DNA of 48,958 nt from Atractiella rhizophila (taxonomy: Eukaryota). The stretch covers positions 1-48,958 of the forward strand of contig MU271308.1 in NCBI GenBank assembly GCA_021432655.1. The letters run 5' to 3'. Below the pieces are notes generated by a model. It was not told the DNA's origin, did no database searches, and saw only the letters and a list, made by a program, of their open reading frames with translations. Below are positions 1 to 14,175 of the stretch, piece after piece (the first letter of the stretch is position 1; every line of letters starts with the position of its first letter). A program made the translations under genes and the position numbers.

Positions 1-449
1 TCGAAAAAGAAGCTAGACTACAGGTCGTAATCTATATTGCGTGAGAAGGTGAAAGCCATAGACAGGGCAGAGCATGCCTGTATGCATCGTTCTCAATACG
101 ACGATGATCGATGCCAGAGTTATCAGAAAGACACCATCCGGAATCATTTGCATGCGAATCGTGAGGTGGATGGATTGCGCTACGTTGAACCTAGTTGGAC
201 CTAGACTGCTGCTGGGTTCGACCTTTCAATATTTTAGCTTTGTAGCATAACGGCAACATTGAGCTTCAAGTTCACGGAACCTAACCTGAAACAGCTGCGC
301 CGATGTCCCAGATTTAAACGACGAAGGTCCTTTTTCTTTCTTCAAGTTCCTTTATCATTTTCTTTCAACGCATCGTTGACTCCTTCATTTCGACTGTCTT
401 TATCCTTTCCAGATCTTCCCTTCCCTTCGTTATTTGACATATCATAAGA

Positions 450-1174
450 ATGAAGTCCGCCGTCGCCTTCTTGCTCTTCGCCTTCTTTTCCTTCGTTTTC
501 GCTGCCGCCGCCGATGTTAACGTTCACAAGTCTCCTAAACATTTCAAGAGGGTTACCAAGAAGAAACCTCACATCTACACGGCAGATGCTACTGTGTAAG
601 TTCCCGCTCTCATGATAGTGTTCATAGCTACTTCTCACTACTGCATCCACAGCTTTGACGCCGGGCTTGGTGCCTGCGGCGAAGTGAACACGGCTAGTTT
701 GTTATTCCTCCCAATAAAATTGCTTTCTCTGAGCGTATAACCATTAGGTGACTTCATCGTTGCTCTTGGAGGTGATCACTTCGACAAAGGTCAACCTGCT
801 GGTATGTCGTTTCCTTCTCTTCCTCGACTGACACAGACCCGTCAATGGGGAATAGGTGACACCAATCCCAATCACAACCATTACTGTGGTAAGCAGGTGA
901 AAGTAACTGCTAATGGCGTCACAATCAAGGCTACCATCAAAGACAAGTCAATTTTTCTTTCTTCAAAGCGCAGTACTGGTGTCACTAATTCTGTCCTACT
1001 CTAATGATAGATGCCCGACTTGTGCACCGAACGACCTTGACTTTGCTTTGGCTCCTTTCCAAAAACTCTTCAATGGAGCAACAACTGGACGCTTCAAGGT
1101 CAGTGTCTTTCTCCATCCTGCACTCAGCTGCAGTCTGACCGCAAGCTGCAAAGGTCAAATGGAATTTTGCCTAA
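450..1174 (+). CDS. Secreted RlpA-like double-psi beta-barrel (expansin/loosenin-like) protein, multi-exon
   Basis: ATG450 gives signal peptide MKSAVAFLLFAFFSFVFAAA; spliced exons give FDAGLGACG, CGKQVKVTANG, DKCPTCAPNDLDF and KWNFA*, typical of fungal DPBB proteins. Confidence 0.85.
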
Positions 1175-1693
1175 CTTGCATGCAAGAAAAGAAGGCGAGG
1201 AGCAGCGCTCATCGAGCAGGTTACATTCGTCTCGTTTTTCATCCTCAACTTCGGAATTTTGGAGCTAGCGTGCTTGCTCTCGTTTGAACTCTGTCAGCAA
1301 AGCTCTGGCTATCTTGTATTCATGTGGAGATGCTCTCTGCACCACTCTGTAGACTCGTTCGAAGGACTATACTGTGAGCTAGGTTCACAAGAATGATTGA
1401 TAAAACATGTTGCCTGAAATTCATGCTGACTACTAAAGTACTCATTTCCTAACAAACGAGCTAGGTGGAGGTGCCTTCATTATATTTATCAAGATCTAAC
1501 CCCAGTACTCGTTTCACTTCTGCGTTTGTGACATCAACTCCAGTAGCCTGCTCAACGCAGATATGTAGCTTATGGATGAAGGTCTCGTATTTGTTCCCGT
1601 TGTTCATATTTTTTTTTTAAGATACGTGCATGTTACACATCGTCTTATGATGGGTTCTGCGCTCGTCCTTTCACACAATGGTGTTGGATTTCG

Positions 1694-3542
1694 TTATACA
1701 GCCGACTCTTGACAACGTCCCTCCTTTGCTTCAATCTTTCGAGCTCTCTTCCGTACCTTCGCAAAGAGCAGCCAACTGATTGTTACCACAAGGAAAGTTC
1801 CCGCGACAGCTGCTCCTATGTATCCCGAGTTATCGTTGACCGCTATCCAGAATCTCCACCATCTTCCAGCTTTGCTCTATTAGCCTTTCTCTCAGTGGCA
1901 AAATTCGCTTGGAAGCTCACATAGTCCATTGTCTTCTTCTGCGTCGCGTGCACAGGAAGCGCACTTTTCAGCTGCCAGGCTGTCTGATGGATCAGTGAAG
2001 GAGTTTTGACGTGGAAGAAAGGTACCCCATGAACTCGATCTGGGCAAGATGTTAACTTGCCGCAGTGCTTTGGGTGAGGAAAGGCGCACAATGCTGATGA
2101 GAAGAGCTATGATTATGCTCATAATTGTCAACATGACGCTAAGTTTGAAGAATGTGTTGCTTTTCTTCGCGCCAAAAGTAGACGCCTTGTTTTCTTCAAC
2201 GCAGCAAACCGACATTCCCTCCTGATTTGGGTTAGCGTCTGGTTTCCCGATCTCTTCCTCTTCCTCTTTGATATCTTTCTCGCCTTCATCGACAACTGCC
2301 GAAACAGAGCCTTTCGAAGCCCTCATCCATAAGCGCCACCATTCCTCCACCCCGTCATCCAAAAACGGAATTCCATATGCGAAGACCATTCCTACAGCGT
2401 CCAAACTATCGACCAAGCTCATTCCTGTACACAACCTCTGAGTGAGCGAGGCCGGAACAAAGAGAGGATAGCAACCTGCTGTGAATAAAAGGGGCAATAT
2501 GACGATGTTACTCGCCGCTATTGGAGAACCGGTGGTATCATCCCTTCTCGCGAGCGCACTAACTCCAAGTAGAGTCACCTGCAAATGATCAGATGCCTTT
2601 CCTGCTTCCAACGCCGAACATGTACCTCTGAAGCAGTATCAAATCCCAAGCCGAAGAGTATTCCAACAGGATACATCTTGTGAGAAATCAGACTACCGAT
2701 TTGCCACGAGGTGCACCAGGGAGTACTCACCTTCCAGGGTCGATTTATAACTTTAAAAATGGAACTGAACACCTTCATCATGTATCCTCCTTGGATGGAG
2801 CTGGCAGGAAAGATGTTCAACGGAGACGAAGGAGAAACAACACTATTTTGCACTTCTTGGCGTGCCTTCAGAGTTTTGAAAAGGACGAAAGAGTTGATGA
2901 TCGCGATGAGTAAGAGGAACGAGGCGGAAACAGATACGCCTGCTGCGCTCGTCAGATGCGTGGACAAGAGGAGAGTTACATGCCAATGACGCCGCCTACG
3001 CCCCCTACGCCATCGATGTGGTTAGCAACGTTGACTGAAATTGCTGATTCGTTCTTGAGGTTGAGGTCTTGGAACAATTGGGTTAGATGAACTTACCCAC
3101 CGCTGTGACGACGACAAGCACGATCGTGGAATGTCCAAAGCTGAAGAACATTCCAACCGTGGTTGGCATTTGATTCAGCCCAATAAGATGTCGCGTCGCA
3201 TTGTCGATCGCAGAAATATGGTCCACGTCTGCTCCGTGGTCAACTCTTCCTGCAACTGGCCATCGCGAAAGACAAACGCACCCAAGCCATGTCTCTGTTG
3301 CCGTCAATTGCAAGATCAGCCTTCTGCTCGAAGTCCAAGAAGATAAAAGTCACAAGTCCTAAAGTCCAAGCAATGACACACAGGCTCAGCACTCGTCGCT
3401 TGTCTTTATCGGGAGCAAATAAACAGGCGGCGACAATCCAGAGCACGACGTTGAAGGCAAACTCGGCACTGAGGAGCGCTATGGAACGTCGCACGAGATG
3501 TATCCGTGAATGTTTACTACGGCCTGTATCCGAACACGACAT
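1694..3542 (-). CDS. NIC1: High-affinity nickel transporter, NiCoT family (Nic1-like), multi-exon
   Basis: Signature motifs HGADVDHISAIDN, GMFFSFGHSTIV, FGLGFDTASE and GMSLVDSLD; last exon WWRFWIAVNDNSGYIGAAV...* ends at 1694. Confidence 0.92.
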
Positions 3543-3930
3543 TGCATCCGCTCTAGAATCCTCGATACGGCTATCAACTAGTCAGGAGATTGTAAGCTGG
3601 TATGAAAACATTTACGGTGAAGAAGTCAGCGAGGTCAATCGATGTCACTTTGGTGTGTCCGCGCCACAGCGTCTTTAGATTCGCAGTTGAAAACGCGGCC
3701 TTGGATATTGACAGGGAACAGGATTGCGATCGCTGAGATTAGACATCGCTTCGTGCTAAATAGATAACGCCTTGTTGAACATTGTTCGGAGAGAGATAAG
3801 AAGAAAATGGTACGAACCATGAGCTTAAAATCCTATCGCAATTTGCTGCGTTTGAATAACGAGAGACAACGACGAACACTGAGCGAAACATCTGACAGTG
3901 CTAGAGAGCAGAATTGAGGTTTGGACCAAC

Positions 3931-5535
3931 ATGGCTTCGACGGCCAGTTTCGCGGATCCTGAGAAGAGGTACAAGTACTCTACAGAGATAGCACAAATGG
4001 TAAGCTATGCGGCATAGGTTTCAAAGCTTTGCTCAAGTAGCGACAAGATGTTTGTGTTTGGCGAAGTTCGAAATCCCAGCAAAGAAGTGGTTCGGTACAT
4101 CGAAGACGTGGTTCGAAGCCAAGTTGTAGAAATTGTGCGTCCCTCTCGCTTCCTCTCCTCCCCTTCCCAGCTTGGCGCAGCATGAACTGACCCACGGGTG
4201 AGACAGGTGATACAAGCTCGCGGATTGGCTCAAAGGCGGAACTCTCGTTATATCTCAGTCGAAGACCTCATCTTCCTCATCCGCAACGACAAAGGGAAAG
4301 TTAACCGGTTGCGTACCTACCTCAGTTGGAAGGATGTGAGAAAGAAGGCGAAGGATAGCGATAATGCTGAAGCGGCGAATGATTTGGAAGAGACTCTTGA
4401 GGAAAGCATAGGAGCGACTGGCGGTGAGCATTTATTGTATTGCTTTTAAACCGAGAGCTCAATGTTTATGTTTGACGTGCAGATAGCTTAAAGGCGAAGA
4501 AACTCAAGATCAAGATTTCTTGGGACGTCACCAATATTTTCACCTCTAACATCGACTCAGACTCCGAGGATGAGCAAGACGATGATGAAATAGCTGCTTG
4601 GGAGGATTCCAAGAAGCGACTGAAGGCATGCATTGCCGTCATTCTAGAAGTCTGAGTATTGAGGTTGGAAACAGGAAGCAGATGAATTGACTCGAAACAT
4701 GACAAAAGAAGAGTATCAGTATTACTCCGATTGTCGTCAAGCTTCCTTCACGTACAAGAAGAGCAAGCGATTCAAGGAATTTGTCCAGTTCGCCAACCTT
4801 CTCGAAGTACAATCAGTCAACGACGAAGTCATTGACGTATTGGGATTTCTTTGCTACGAAATGGTTCAGGTGCTCTGTGAAGCCGCGTTTCGATATCGGA
4901 AAGAAGGTGCTGAGAAGAAGCAACTCGCTATTCAAGAGAAGAAGAGACGGGACGAAGAGAAGCATCAACAAGAGGAGGCGAAAATTGAGGCCTTGGTGGA
5001 GAAGATAGAGAAGAAGAGAGCCAGAGATCAAGACGAGCCTACTGGTGGAACAGCCAACAAGAAGCAGAAATCTGCCGCTACACCACCGGCCGCGTCGCCA
5101 GGTATTCATGCAAACACTATCCCTACGAAGGCACAGGATAAATCCTCCAACATTTTTACGGACCCTCAACCTTTGAACCATGACCTGCCACTCGGTCTCT
5201 TCTCTGCTCCTGTAGCTCCTCCTCCCGCCACTGCTCCTGCGTCTCCTACCTCCAAACCGGATGCCACAACAGCTCCAAATGTCAGTAGCGATGTTAAGAA
5301 CGGCGCGGAAGAACAGAAGGATTCGCTTTTCACGCCATCCGATTTCGTGGCTTCTCCAACTCCTCCTGAGGCGGCGAAGTTGGTGAAAGACAAGGATGAG
5401 GCGAAGGATCCTTTGCAGATTGAACATCTCATTGGTGCATTTACGAAGATGCAAAGGGAGAAGAGTATGGCCAAGATGGGCGGTTTCAGGAACTTCAGAG
5501 GAGGCCTTACTCGCACGAGAGTTGGCATTATTTAA
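3931..5535 (+). CDS. SPT3: SAGA complex subunit Spt3 (TFIID-18 kDa histone-fold family)
   Basis: YKYSTEIAQM/MFVFGE, EDLIFLIRNDKGKVNRLRTYLSWKDVRK, MTKEEYQYYSDCRQASFTYKKSKRF and DVLGFLCYEMV. Confidence 0.95.
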
Positions 5536-5665
5536 ATCTGTGTCTAATATTGTTCAGCGCGCTGTACTGTCATATAACCACATTGTATCTCGATTTACTT
5601 TTAATTCATTTAACAGTGGCCCTATTTACATTTTCTGTGACTTTGGGGGTGGTACAGTATCCACA

Positions 5666-6462
5666 TCACGACTCAAGACCTGCCTGTGCATCTGGTTCGT
5701 CTTCGACACACATATCCCAAAAGTCAACTTCCATCTTAGCGACAGTGTTGAAGACCTCATTCGCTTTCTCTTCAAACGGGTCCCCTTCTTGGGACAAGCT
5801 ATCGACCACATTTGCCAAACTCCTCACGTATTCTCCAAACTCCACGCTCGTCCAATTATTCAACAATTCTCTCCACGGATTCACATCTCCGTCCTTACCC
5901 TCGAGCAAATGCTCAGCAGACAGACTCGCAGCGTAAGTCCATCCTTCGAGATAGATCCTCTCCAGCGCCCAAAAGGCGACGAGGCCCTCTCTGAAATCCG
6001 TCGGAAGAGAACAGACCTTGATGAGGTAGGAAGTGTAGTTTGTACATGCGGAGGAAGGAGGCGAAGAGAGGTTGAGAGGTTTTGAGAAGAGTGGAGAGAG
6101 GGTTTCGAAGAATGCGATTTCGCGAATCGAGTTCGTCACCCCGCTTCCTAGCTGTCAAGCGATTCCGAGTCAATTATTATTTAGCTAAGATGGACGAGGA
6201 GACGGACTAAGCGAAAGATGTATTCATCGCTCCCCCTCTCCTTTCCGGTCGCTCTCTCAGCATTCCCGACTGGTACCCTCCCAGTGAGTATGGCAGCTAT
6301 TCTTCCATACACGAATGCAAAGTTACGATCTTGTTCTAGGAAGCGTGCAACTTTGGAAGAGTCGATGGTGTTCAGGCCGACCTGTTCGAGGAAACGATGA
6401 CGAGTGGAGATGTCGAAGAGCTGCTGGTTGGAAGAGATGAGGCGGGAAGTGAGGCTCGACAT
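5666..6462 (-). CDS. TenA/THI-4/PqqC-family (heme oxygenase-like fold) protein
   Basis: HRFLEQVG, FLEQD, REIAFF, FWALERIYLEGW, NWTSVEF and EVDFWDM match fungal TenA-like proteins; one intron near 6140-6190. Confidence 0.8.
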
Positions 6463-7275
6463 GGCTCGAGTTCTTGCCACAGTCGTTGTTTGTTGTTTAA
6501 CGGTCAGGCTGGGCAGTCCGACGGCTCCACAGTGGGGAAAAGTGAATCAGCGCAACAATCAAACAGATATAAGACCGTGACTGAGTGACTCCGAGTGAGG
6601 TAGAACAGACTCAGAAGTGAAGTATTGTTCTGAAGGAAACGCCAGCTCTTTGTTGTCACACTAATAGCCCTGATAATATTGCGAGTACAGTTTGATTTCT
6701 CAGTCTGATTGACGATCAAGTTGCGGCGGATATATATTCGTGATATCCACTTTTCATCTGATTTTGAGCTCTTTAGCAATCCTTACACGTCACAAAGCTT
6801 GTCTGCTTGTCTATTGTCTAGGAGGTGAAGAACTGTATGTCAATCTAGCGATTCAAGTCAAGTATCTCAAATCTCAACAGGGCTTGACCTGCAGCAAGTA
6901 ACAGAACACGAAAACAAAACCATAGCTGTACATAATACAGGCAGTTCTCGAACACTTATCGCCTCCTTTCTCGGTGAACGTGAAGAATATAAGAAATACC
7001 TCTCTTCAAAAATCCTCGGAGACTCATCTCCCGAACAAGGTCCATTTCAGATCCACGGTCTATTCAGGCAGTGTCGTCCGCTCTTCCTACATAAGTGCTG
7101 CATCCAAATCGACGCCCCTCCATCCCTCACTCCATCTCCGTGATTTGGTCACCAAATCGTCCGATTCGTTGTCTAATTTGCTGAGAGGTTTGTGGTTCAG
7201 ACTAAACATGTAGTGGTCCGTGGAATTAAACTTGCTTCTGCAACGACGACTTCTCGACCTCAGCGATCCCAGCAA

Positions 7276-10200
7276 ATGTCGCTGCCTCCTTCACCTTCTA
7301 CCTCACGCTCCAATGAGCCCACGCCCAGGGTACCCCAGTTCTCCCAGCCCCAGCCAAGGATAGTAACCGACTCTCCAAGAGCCAGCATAGACTCGCAAAG
7401 CACTTCCGTGCCGAGTCGGAGTGCGTCTGCAGCTGGAAATCAGGGCGGGAAAGTAGTGCAAGCAAGTAGCAATGTGCAGCTGGGGGTCAGTAGGAAAGGC
7501 AGGTTCAACGGTGCGTCCATCTTTCACTTGTGCGGGAGTGGGTTCCCTTGGCTGCGATCTCTTACTGTGGTTTCATGAAATGTACAGCCATATCCACCCT
7601 CCTTCTTCCACCTACACAACCTCAAGCCACCCTCCTCTCTCTGCTACCCACCGCTTCCTCTCTCGGCCTTCCAGCACTCCCCACACTGCCCAGCTCACTC
7701 CCTCCGCCCTCTTTACCCGCCGGTCAAAAGTCCACCCTCACACCGTCCGCGAAGCGGTCCGCTCCGCCACCCATCGTCCTACGTGATCTGGGGAAGGTGG
7801 TGAAGACGAAGGAGGAGTTCGGGTCGTACCTGAAAGGTTTGGAGGATGGCGGTCTTTACGCAAAATGGGAGAGAATGGGAGGCGGTAAGGGAAAGGAGAA
7901 GGTGGAGGAAGAGGTCGAAGACGAGCCGGAAGAACCTGTCCATCGGTTTCCACGCAGCGAAAGTGGTTTGAGCGCACATTCGAGGAGAGCTTCGATGATG
8001 GACATTTCTCTCCCTTCCTCTCCTCCAGTCCTAACAGTCGACCGTTTCCTCGGTTTCTCCGCTCGCTCGCCCACGTCTTCCTCTTCCAGACCGATGCGCA
8101 AAGAGGACCTCCCATCCCTCGATATCGTTCCTCCCATCTATTTCTCGAACGATTTCAACCTTGCTGACCCGCAAGTTTGGGACGCAGTCACGGAACGACC
8201 TACTTCTCTCTCAAGCTCGGGTTTCCCCTTCGGTATCGGAGGCTCAGACAGCTCACCTTCCCCTGGACCCTGTCACTATTCAACCCACTCCGGCAGGTGG
8301 GAGCCCACTGGCCATGTTGAAAACGAACTCGTTGACACTCGCCGATCTCGCTTCGGATCAGATATTACAAGAGAAACTTTCGCACTACCTGACACTGCTC
8401 GAGTCTCACCTGTCAGTCGAGATCTCGATACGGTCCACCTCTTTCTTCTCCGCCCTTTCTTCCCTGAAATCCCTCTCCTCCGTCTCTTCTTACGCCCTCG
8501 ATTCTCTCTATCTCCTGAGGGAAGAACTGGGAAGTCTAGACAGCGATATCGCGTTGAAGGGGATGGAGGTATTAGAGAAGAGGAAGGAGAGAATACGGCT
8601 GGAAAGGGTGGAAGCGGCGCTGATTGAGGTTGGAGGAGTTGTCGATAGGATGAGGGAGACGGAGGGATGCGCGGAGAGGGGAGAGTGGGAAGAAGCTCTG
8701 AATTCCATCGATGCTTTGGTGGAGGCGATGGCACCTCATCCACCTTCCTCTTCCACTGCCGCTGCGGACGCGAATGGAGAGAAAAAGCTCGACCTCTCAC
8801 GCATCAAGGCGCTGTCGTCCATCCCTGACCGACTGGAAGAATTGAGATATGGAATAGGGAGACAATTGGAGGGCGAAGTGTTGAGCATTTTGGAGAGGGA
8901 CTTTGCTGAGCTGAGGAGGGATTGGAAGAGACGGAAAGCGGAGGACGGGGTGGTGAAGAAGGGCAGGAATCCAAAAAACGGAGGAGGCACTTGCATCTGC
9001 CATTTCTTGCCTCCTGCGAGCGGGCGGAGTCGAGGGAGTACGGGAACGGTGGAAAGCTAGCGTGTTGAAGGAGGTCCGGGCTGTGGTTCGAGAGGGCCTT
9101 CCGGTCTCGTCGGAGGCGAATGGTGCCGATGGTGTGGGGATTAGGTATGAAGGAGGTGGAGGAGGAGATTGAAGGGTTGGATATGGAGGGAGGGTCGGAG
9201 GGGGTGGAGTGAGTGAGGCGTCGAAGGCTCTGGGGAGGAAGTTGAGGGAGATGCCACAAGAGGACTTCTTGGCTTTTGCAAAGGGGGCATATGAGAGAGT
9301 TCTCGAGTTTGTGGAAGCGTTACAGGTCCAGACAGAAGGTTTTTGTGGAGTTGGTGCAGGAAGAAAAGAGTAAACGGGAAAGGCAGAAGGAGGAAAGAAA
9401 TGGGCGGATGGAGAGCAACGCGGTGTGAACAGAAGGAGGGGGGAATGACACCATTGTGGAAGAGGAAGAAGAGGACCGGGACATCTCCCCAGAGCCCACC
9501 ATCACGCGTTCGAGCTTGGACACTGCCCAACCACTAGACTTCTCCTCGACAGCCGCGAACTCATCAACTGTACGAGACCCTCGTCCCCCAGCACCTTCTT
9601 CCNNNNNNNNNNNNNNNNNNNNNNNNNNNNNNNNNNNNNNNNNNNNNNNNNNNNNNNNNNNNNNNNNNNTACGAAGAATCTTCATCCTTTCCAGCGGATA
9701 TGGCAGAGATCGTGTACGCGGCAGCGGATATCTCCAACATTCGACTGTCCAAGATTATGTCTGTCCGTTCCGAGGTCCACGCCAAGCTCTCCCTCCAGGA
9801 ATTCACCTCTCTCTTCCGCATCTCATGGGCATTCGTCATCTCCTGCGAGGTCATCTCTCGCCGCATGATAGTGGGGCTGAGAGGGGAGATGGTGTCTCAG
9901 GCGAAGGGATTCTTGTTGGGTTTTCATAATAGGATGATCGCGGAGATGAGCAAACAGGTTGAAGAGGAGCGCTGGGAACCGGCAGATGTGGAGGAGGAGA
10001 CCCAGGAGGTGGTGGAACAGATCCTTGGTAGCGCGGTCAAGGATCCGAAGGAGTTCATGCTCGATGATCCCACCAAACCTTCTACTGCAACTGCAAACGC
10101 TGAGAGTAAAGAGCCAAATGGGTCATGGAAGGATGCTATACGTCCGAATGGAACCTTCAAGCTCCCGTTCTCTTCCAAGGCAACCAACGGCGATGCAGCA

Positions 10201-11516
10201 GCCGCTCTTGCCAAACCGAAGAGGGCAAAGACTCTGATAGATGTCGAGGATCGAAGCTTCTTTGGAGTCAAGGCTAGCTTGAAATGTGTGGAAGCGCTTG
10301 CAGAATATTTGAAGGTCGTCTTCAACCTGGAACTCTTGACAATAGATGCAATTGCGAAAATTGTGGAGTTTCTCAAGGTATGTTCCTTCCTCGCTGAAGT
10401 CATTGACAATTTGTTAATATACTGGATAAAGGCCTTTAACTCTCGTACCTGCCAAGTAGTCCTTGGAGCAGGAGCGATGCGTTCTGCCGGTCTAAAGAAC
10501 ATCACAGCACGACATCTCGCTCTTGCTTCCCAATCCCTTTCAATCATGACCTCTCTCATCCCCTACGCGCGCGAAGCGCTCCGCCGACATCTCAATGCCA
10601 AGCAGGCCGTGATGTTGGTTGAATTTGATCGGCTGAAGAGGGACTATCAGGACCATCAGAACGAGATCCACTCAAAACTGGTGGCCATTATGCAGGACCG
10701 CTTGACCGTCCATTGCGCGAGCTTGAGAGCGATCGATTGGGACACAAATCCTGAACCGAAAGAAGGGAAGGCGAATCCGTACATGGAGACGCTGGTGAAG
10801 GAAGTATCGACGCTACATAAAGTTCTTCACAAGTTTCTTCATTCTAGCACTGTTGAGGGTATCATGTCGCAGGTCTTCAACTCTATCAACGAGGGCATCA
10901 AGACTGAGATGATCAAGGTGGACATCAAGAATGAAAGCATTCGAGGGAAGATGCTCAAGGACGTGCAGTATCTTCGTTCCAAGCTCAGCGAGCTGAAGGG
11001 GATGGAAATTCCCGCTCCGGGAGAGGTCAGTCGTTCTTTCCGTGTCATTTTTGTTTCTCCTTGAACAAGGATTATATGTAGGACATTGAGAATACGATTT
11101 CCGTCAAATCAGTTGCGACGCCAGAACCTCCAACTCCTACCCGTCGTTCCACCCTGGCAAGTCTTGGCTCATATGGTTATGCTATTCGGTTACCATCTAC
11201 GCGATTCAAAGAAGGAGCAAAAGATGCGCCGTTGTCACCCCGTATATGGAGCTCAGTCACCACTTCTTCGGGCTCGACCCCATCCACTCCCATTGCTTCT
11301 ACTCCTCCTACTTCCGCACGACCTTCCATGGACATCTCCAGCACCCCTCCCGCGCCGTCGTCCCTCGCGAACGAAATCAATCCCATGTCCCCGCCACTCT
11401 CCACCGAGTCTCTCCCATTACCCACTAATCCAGAATTTACAACAATACCTCCTTCGCCCTCTCCCCCGAATAGCCAAGAGGAGACGGATGGACAGCAAAA
11501 CCCACCGCCTTTGTGA
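7276..11516 (+). CDS. VPS54: GARP complex subunit Vps54 (frame broken at 8940-9470 and by N gap in this assembly)
   Basis: VPPIYFSNDFNLADP, LQEKLSHYL...EISIRSTSFFSAL and AFNSRTCQVVLGAGAMRSAGLKNITARHLALASQSL; last exon frame ends at 11516. Confidence 0.93.
9603..9669. other. Assembly gap (N run)
   Basis: Run of N inside VPS54. Confidence 1.
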
Positions 11517-12257
11517 AGGTGGAAGATACGTCTGCAGACGATACTGCATTAACAACGGTGAAGGAAAAGTCTGAACTTCCTCTCAGTGGAAATGAGGACA
11601 TACCCACTTAATCGTTTACATTTTTATTGGAAGCATGGTCGGTTGCAGTAATGGATGTATGTCTTTCTTCGCCCCATCACTATCAGCTCTCCTTTGGCGT
11701 CACTGCTGTGCATGTTCTGGTTCTGTGTCGTCGGGATGGTTGCGATGGTGAGATTCCTCATTCATGACCGATCGGAATGTGCCAAGATAGCGCAGCATCG
11801 GAATTGATGCCTCCAAGAAAGCGGTTACGTTACCACAATTCCTTGCTTTGTAGCTCGCTAAGACGAGCTCGCTCTGTCACTTGTTAATTCTCTATTAAAG
11901 ACCTCTTTCCTCCCTTCTGCGATGTTGGGAACGATTGCCCGAAGTTGGACTCTCGGCCTTGCGTGCTGGTTCTTCAATGAGAGTCCTAAGAGCTTGGCTA
12001 CAAAATCTCTTGTGTATCAGTCCATTGATTACGATCCACCTGGCGATTTTGCTGTGCTGCAGCCTCATCCTCCATATAACCCATTCGGGTTGTTAGAAGC
12101 CACCTTGCCCTAATCGTCTTCATAATTCCTTCGCGGCTGTTGGAAGCTGCTTCCTACCCCCCCTCAACTTCCGAAACCATCACCACTCAATCCTATTTTC
12201 CCTCCTTCTCCCTCCCTTCCTTCGGTCCCTCCACAACCCCACGACCGAGCTCTCAAA

Positions 12258-13948
12258 ATGTTTGGCCTGTGGCTCCTTTTCCTCACCTCCTCCATCGAAG
12301 CCGCACCATCCAGAGCCCCATGGGTCTCTCCAAGCACTCCAGTCGACTCAGGGCTCGGAGCAACATGCGCGACGTTCGACGTCCAAGTTCCATTTACGAC
12401 AACCGCTGTTCAAGTGAACATCAGCGCTCCTGCGACAAAACAGGAGGTTGATGCTACAGTTGGTGGTCTATTGGGCGGAATGATCAATCCTGTGGCAAGC
12501 ATGAATCCAATCACTGAGGATTATCGTATAAAAGCCAAGCTTTGTTGTCCTACTCAAGGGACAGATGCATCCAAGTCCCAAGCGGTGCAGCTGCTCCTTC
12601 ATGCCTTGGGATACACGAAAGAGTTTTGGCAGTTTCCGTATCAGGTCTGCATTCTCATGTTTAGTGCTTCTGGCTATTCTTTACAAGCTTCCCATCCAGC
12701 CGGAGACTTACTCATATCAGGATGCAGCAGCAAGGAGAGGTCTGGGCTCTTTCTTTATTCGGTGCCTGAATACTAAGCCTAGGAGGTAGGATACTGCAGC
12801 TTCGTCTGTCTTTTGATCCATCTAATAGCCTTAACGATTACTTACACCTCCGTTAGACGTTTGACCGTTTAGGGTATGGACAATCCGAAAGACCAGACCC
12901 ACTCAACAACGTTCAGGTACGCTTTCGCTACAGCAGCTATAGGTGAATCAGTGAACTGAAATCTGGATCACAGCTCGGTGTCCACGTTGAAATAGTGCAT
13001 CAACTCATCTCCAAACTTCGAGATGGTTCGATCTCTCAGCTCTCTGGTCTTTCAAACGTGCCCCAATCATTCTCCAAGATATTTTCAGTGGGACATTCGT
13101 TCGTTCTCTCCTCTCATTTCCCTCCATCAAGCTTTGACCTAACGCTCCTTGCTGGGAAATGTAGATTCGGAGGCGTCATCACCAACGGCCTTCTCGCGAC
13201 GTACCCAGACGACGTCGACGTCGTGACTCTCACAAGTTACTCACACCAAGTCTCCCCCGACTTCGTCCCCAAGTTCAACCTCGACAACGCTGCGTTGTTG
13301 AACCCCAAACTGGCAAACTACAAGAACGGATATTTCACTTCGAGGACGAAGGAGGACATTGCAACCGCTTTCTACTTTCAGGGGAACTACGATCCTGAAA
13401 TCTTAAAGGTGGACAAGGACACGCAAGGGTGCGTTCGATGTCGTTACGCTCTAGAGGAGAAATGCTGAGCAGAGAACAGGATCACGGCCCTTGGAGAAAT
13501 CATCACTTTCGGGAGTGCGCTCGTCGAAGCTCCTAATTTCAAGAACGACATTGCATACTTTACTGGAAACAACGGTGCGCGTTCACACAGTCTCTCCTAG
13601 TTTGGATCAAGTACTCAAATACTCCTCGATGATGGTTTAGATGTCGGCTTCTGTCCTTCAGATTCCAACTGTGGAGGTAACGCAACCGACAGCGTACCAA
13701 ACATGGAATCCAAGGTGTGTTCCCTGCCCTTGTTCCGCATAACTCTCCTCACTTTGACCGACAGTATTTCCCTAACGCACGTAGTTTCGTCGCCTCGACA
13801 TTCCCAGGTACATTTCAACCCGCATGGTATGCTGAGGTGATTGGTCGCTGATCCCCCACTTGTAGACACGGGTCACACAACGTTTCTACATCTCAACGCG
13901 CAGACTGTCCAATCCACATTCTTAGATTATTTTGACCAATTCATCTAG
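12258..13948 (+). CDS. Secreted alpha/beta hydrolase-fold protein, multi-exon
   Basis: Signal peptide; VQLLLHALGY, FDRLGYGQSERPDP, nucleophile elbow VGHS/FGG split by an intron, C-terminal TGH. Confidence 0.85.
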
Positions 13949-14175
13949 ACCTCATCATAATCCGCCATAAATGTGTACTTTAAACGGTGGAGGGACATTA
14001 TGATTATTGTAATGGTGGGATATTCAGGCATTGGCTTGTTGCGCACTCGACAACGGACGTTGCAGGGGAGGGGAGAGAAATGAGTGAAGGGGTGTACTAT
14101 ATTGCAAGGTGTATAGGGGTAAAGCATCTTGTAAACGACATCGACAGACGAGCACCAGTACCGCAGATACGGAGA

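Noticed and set aside
6463..6800. TPP riboswitch upstream of the TenA-family gene
   Set aside because: CTGAGA and CTTGAT occur on the sense strand but in the wrong order, and the GATAATACCAGCG-type core is absent.
8195..8360. Apparent first frameshift in VPS54
   Set aside because: A 64-nt GT-AG intron at 8233-8296 restores the frame, so no error needs to be invoked.
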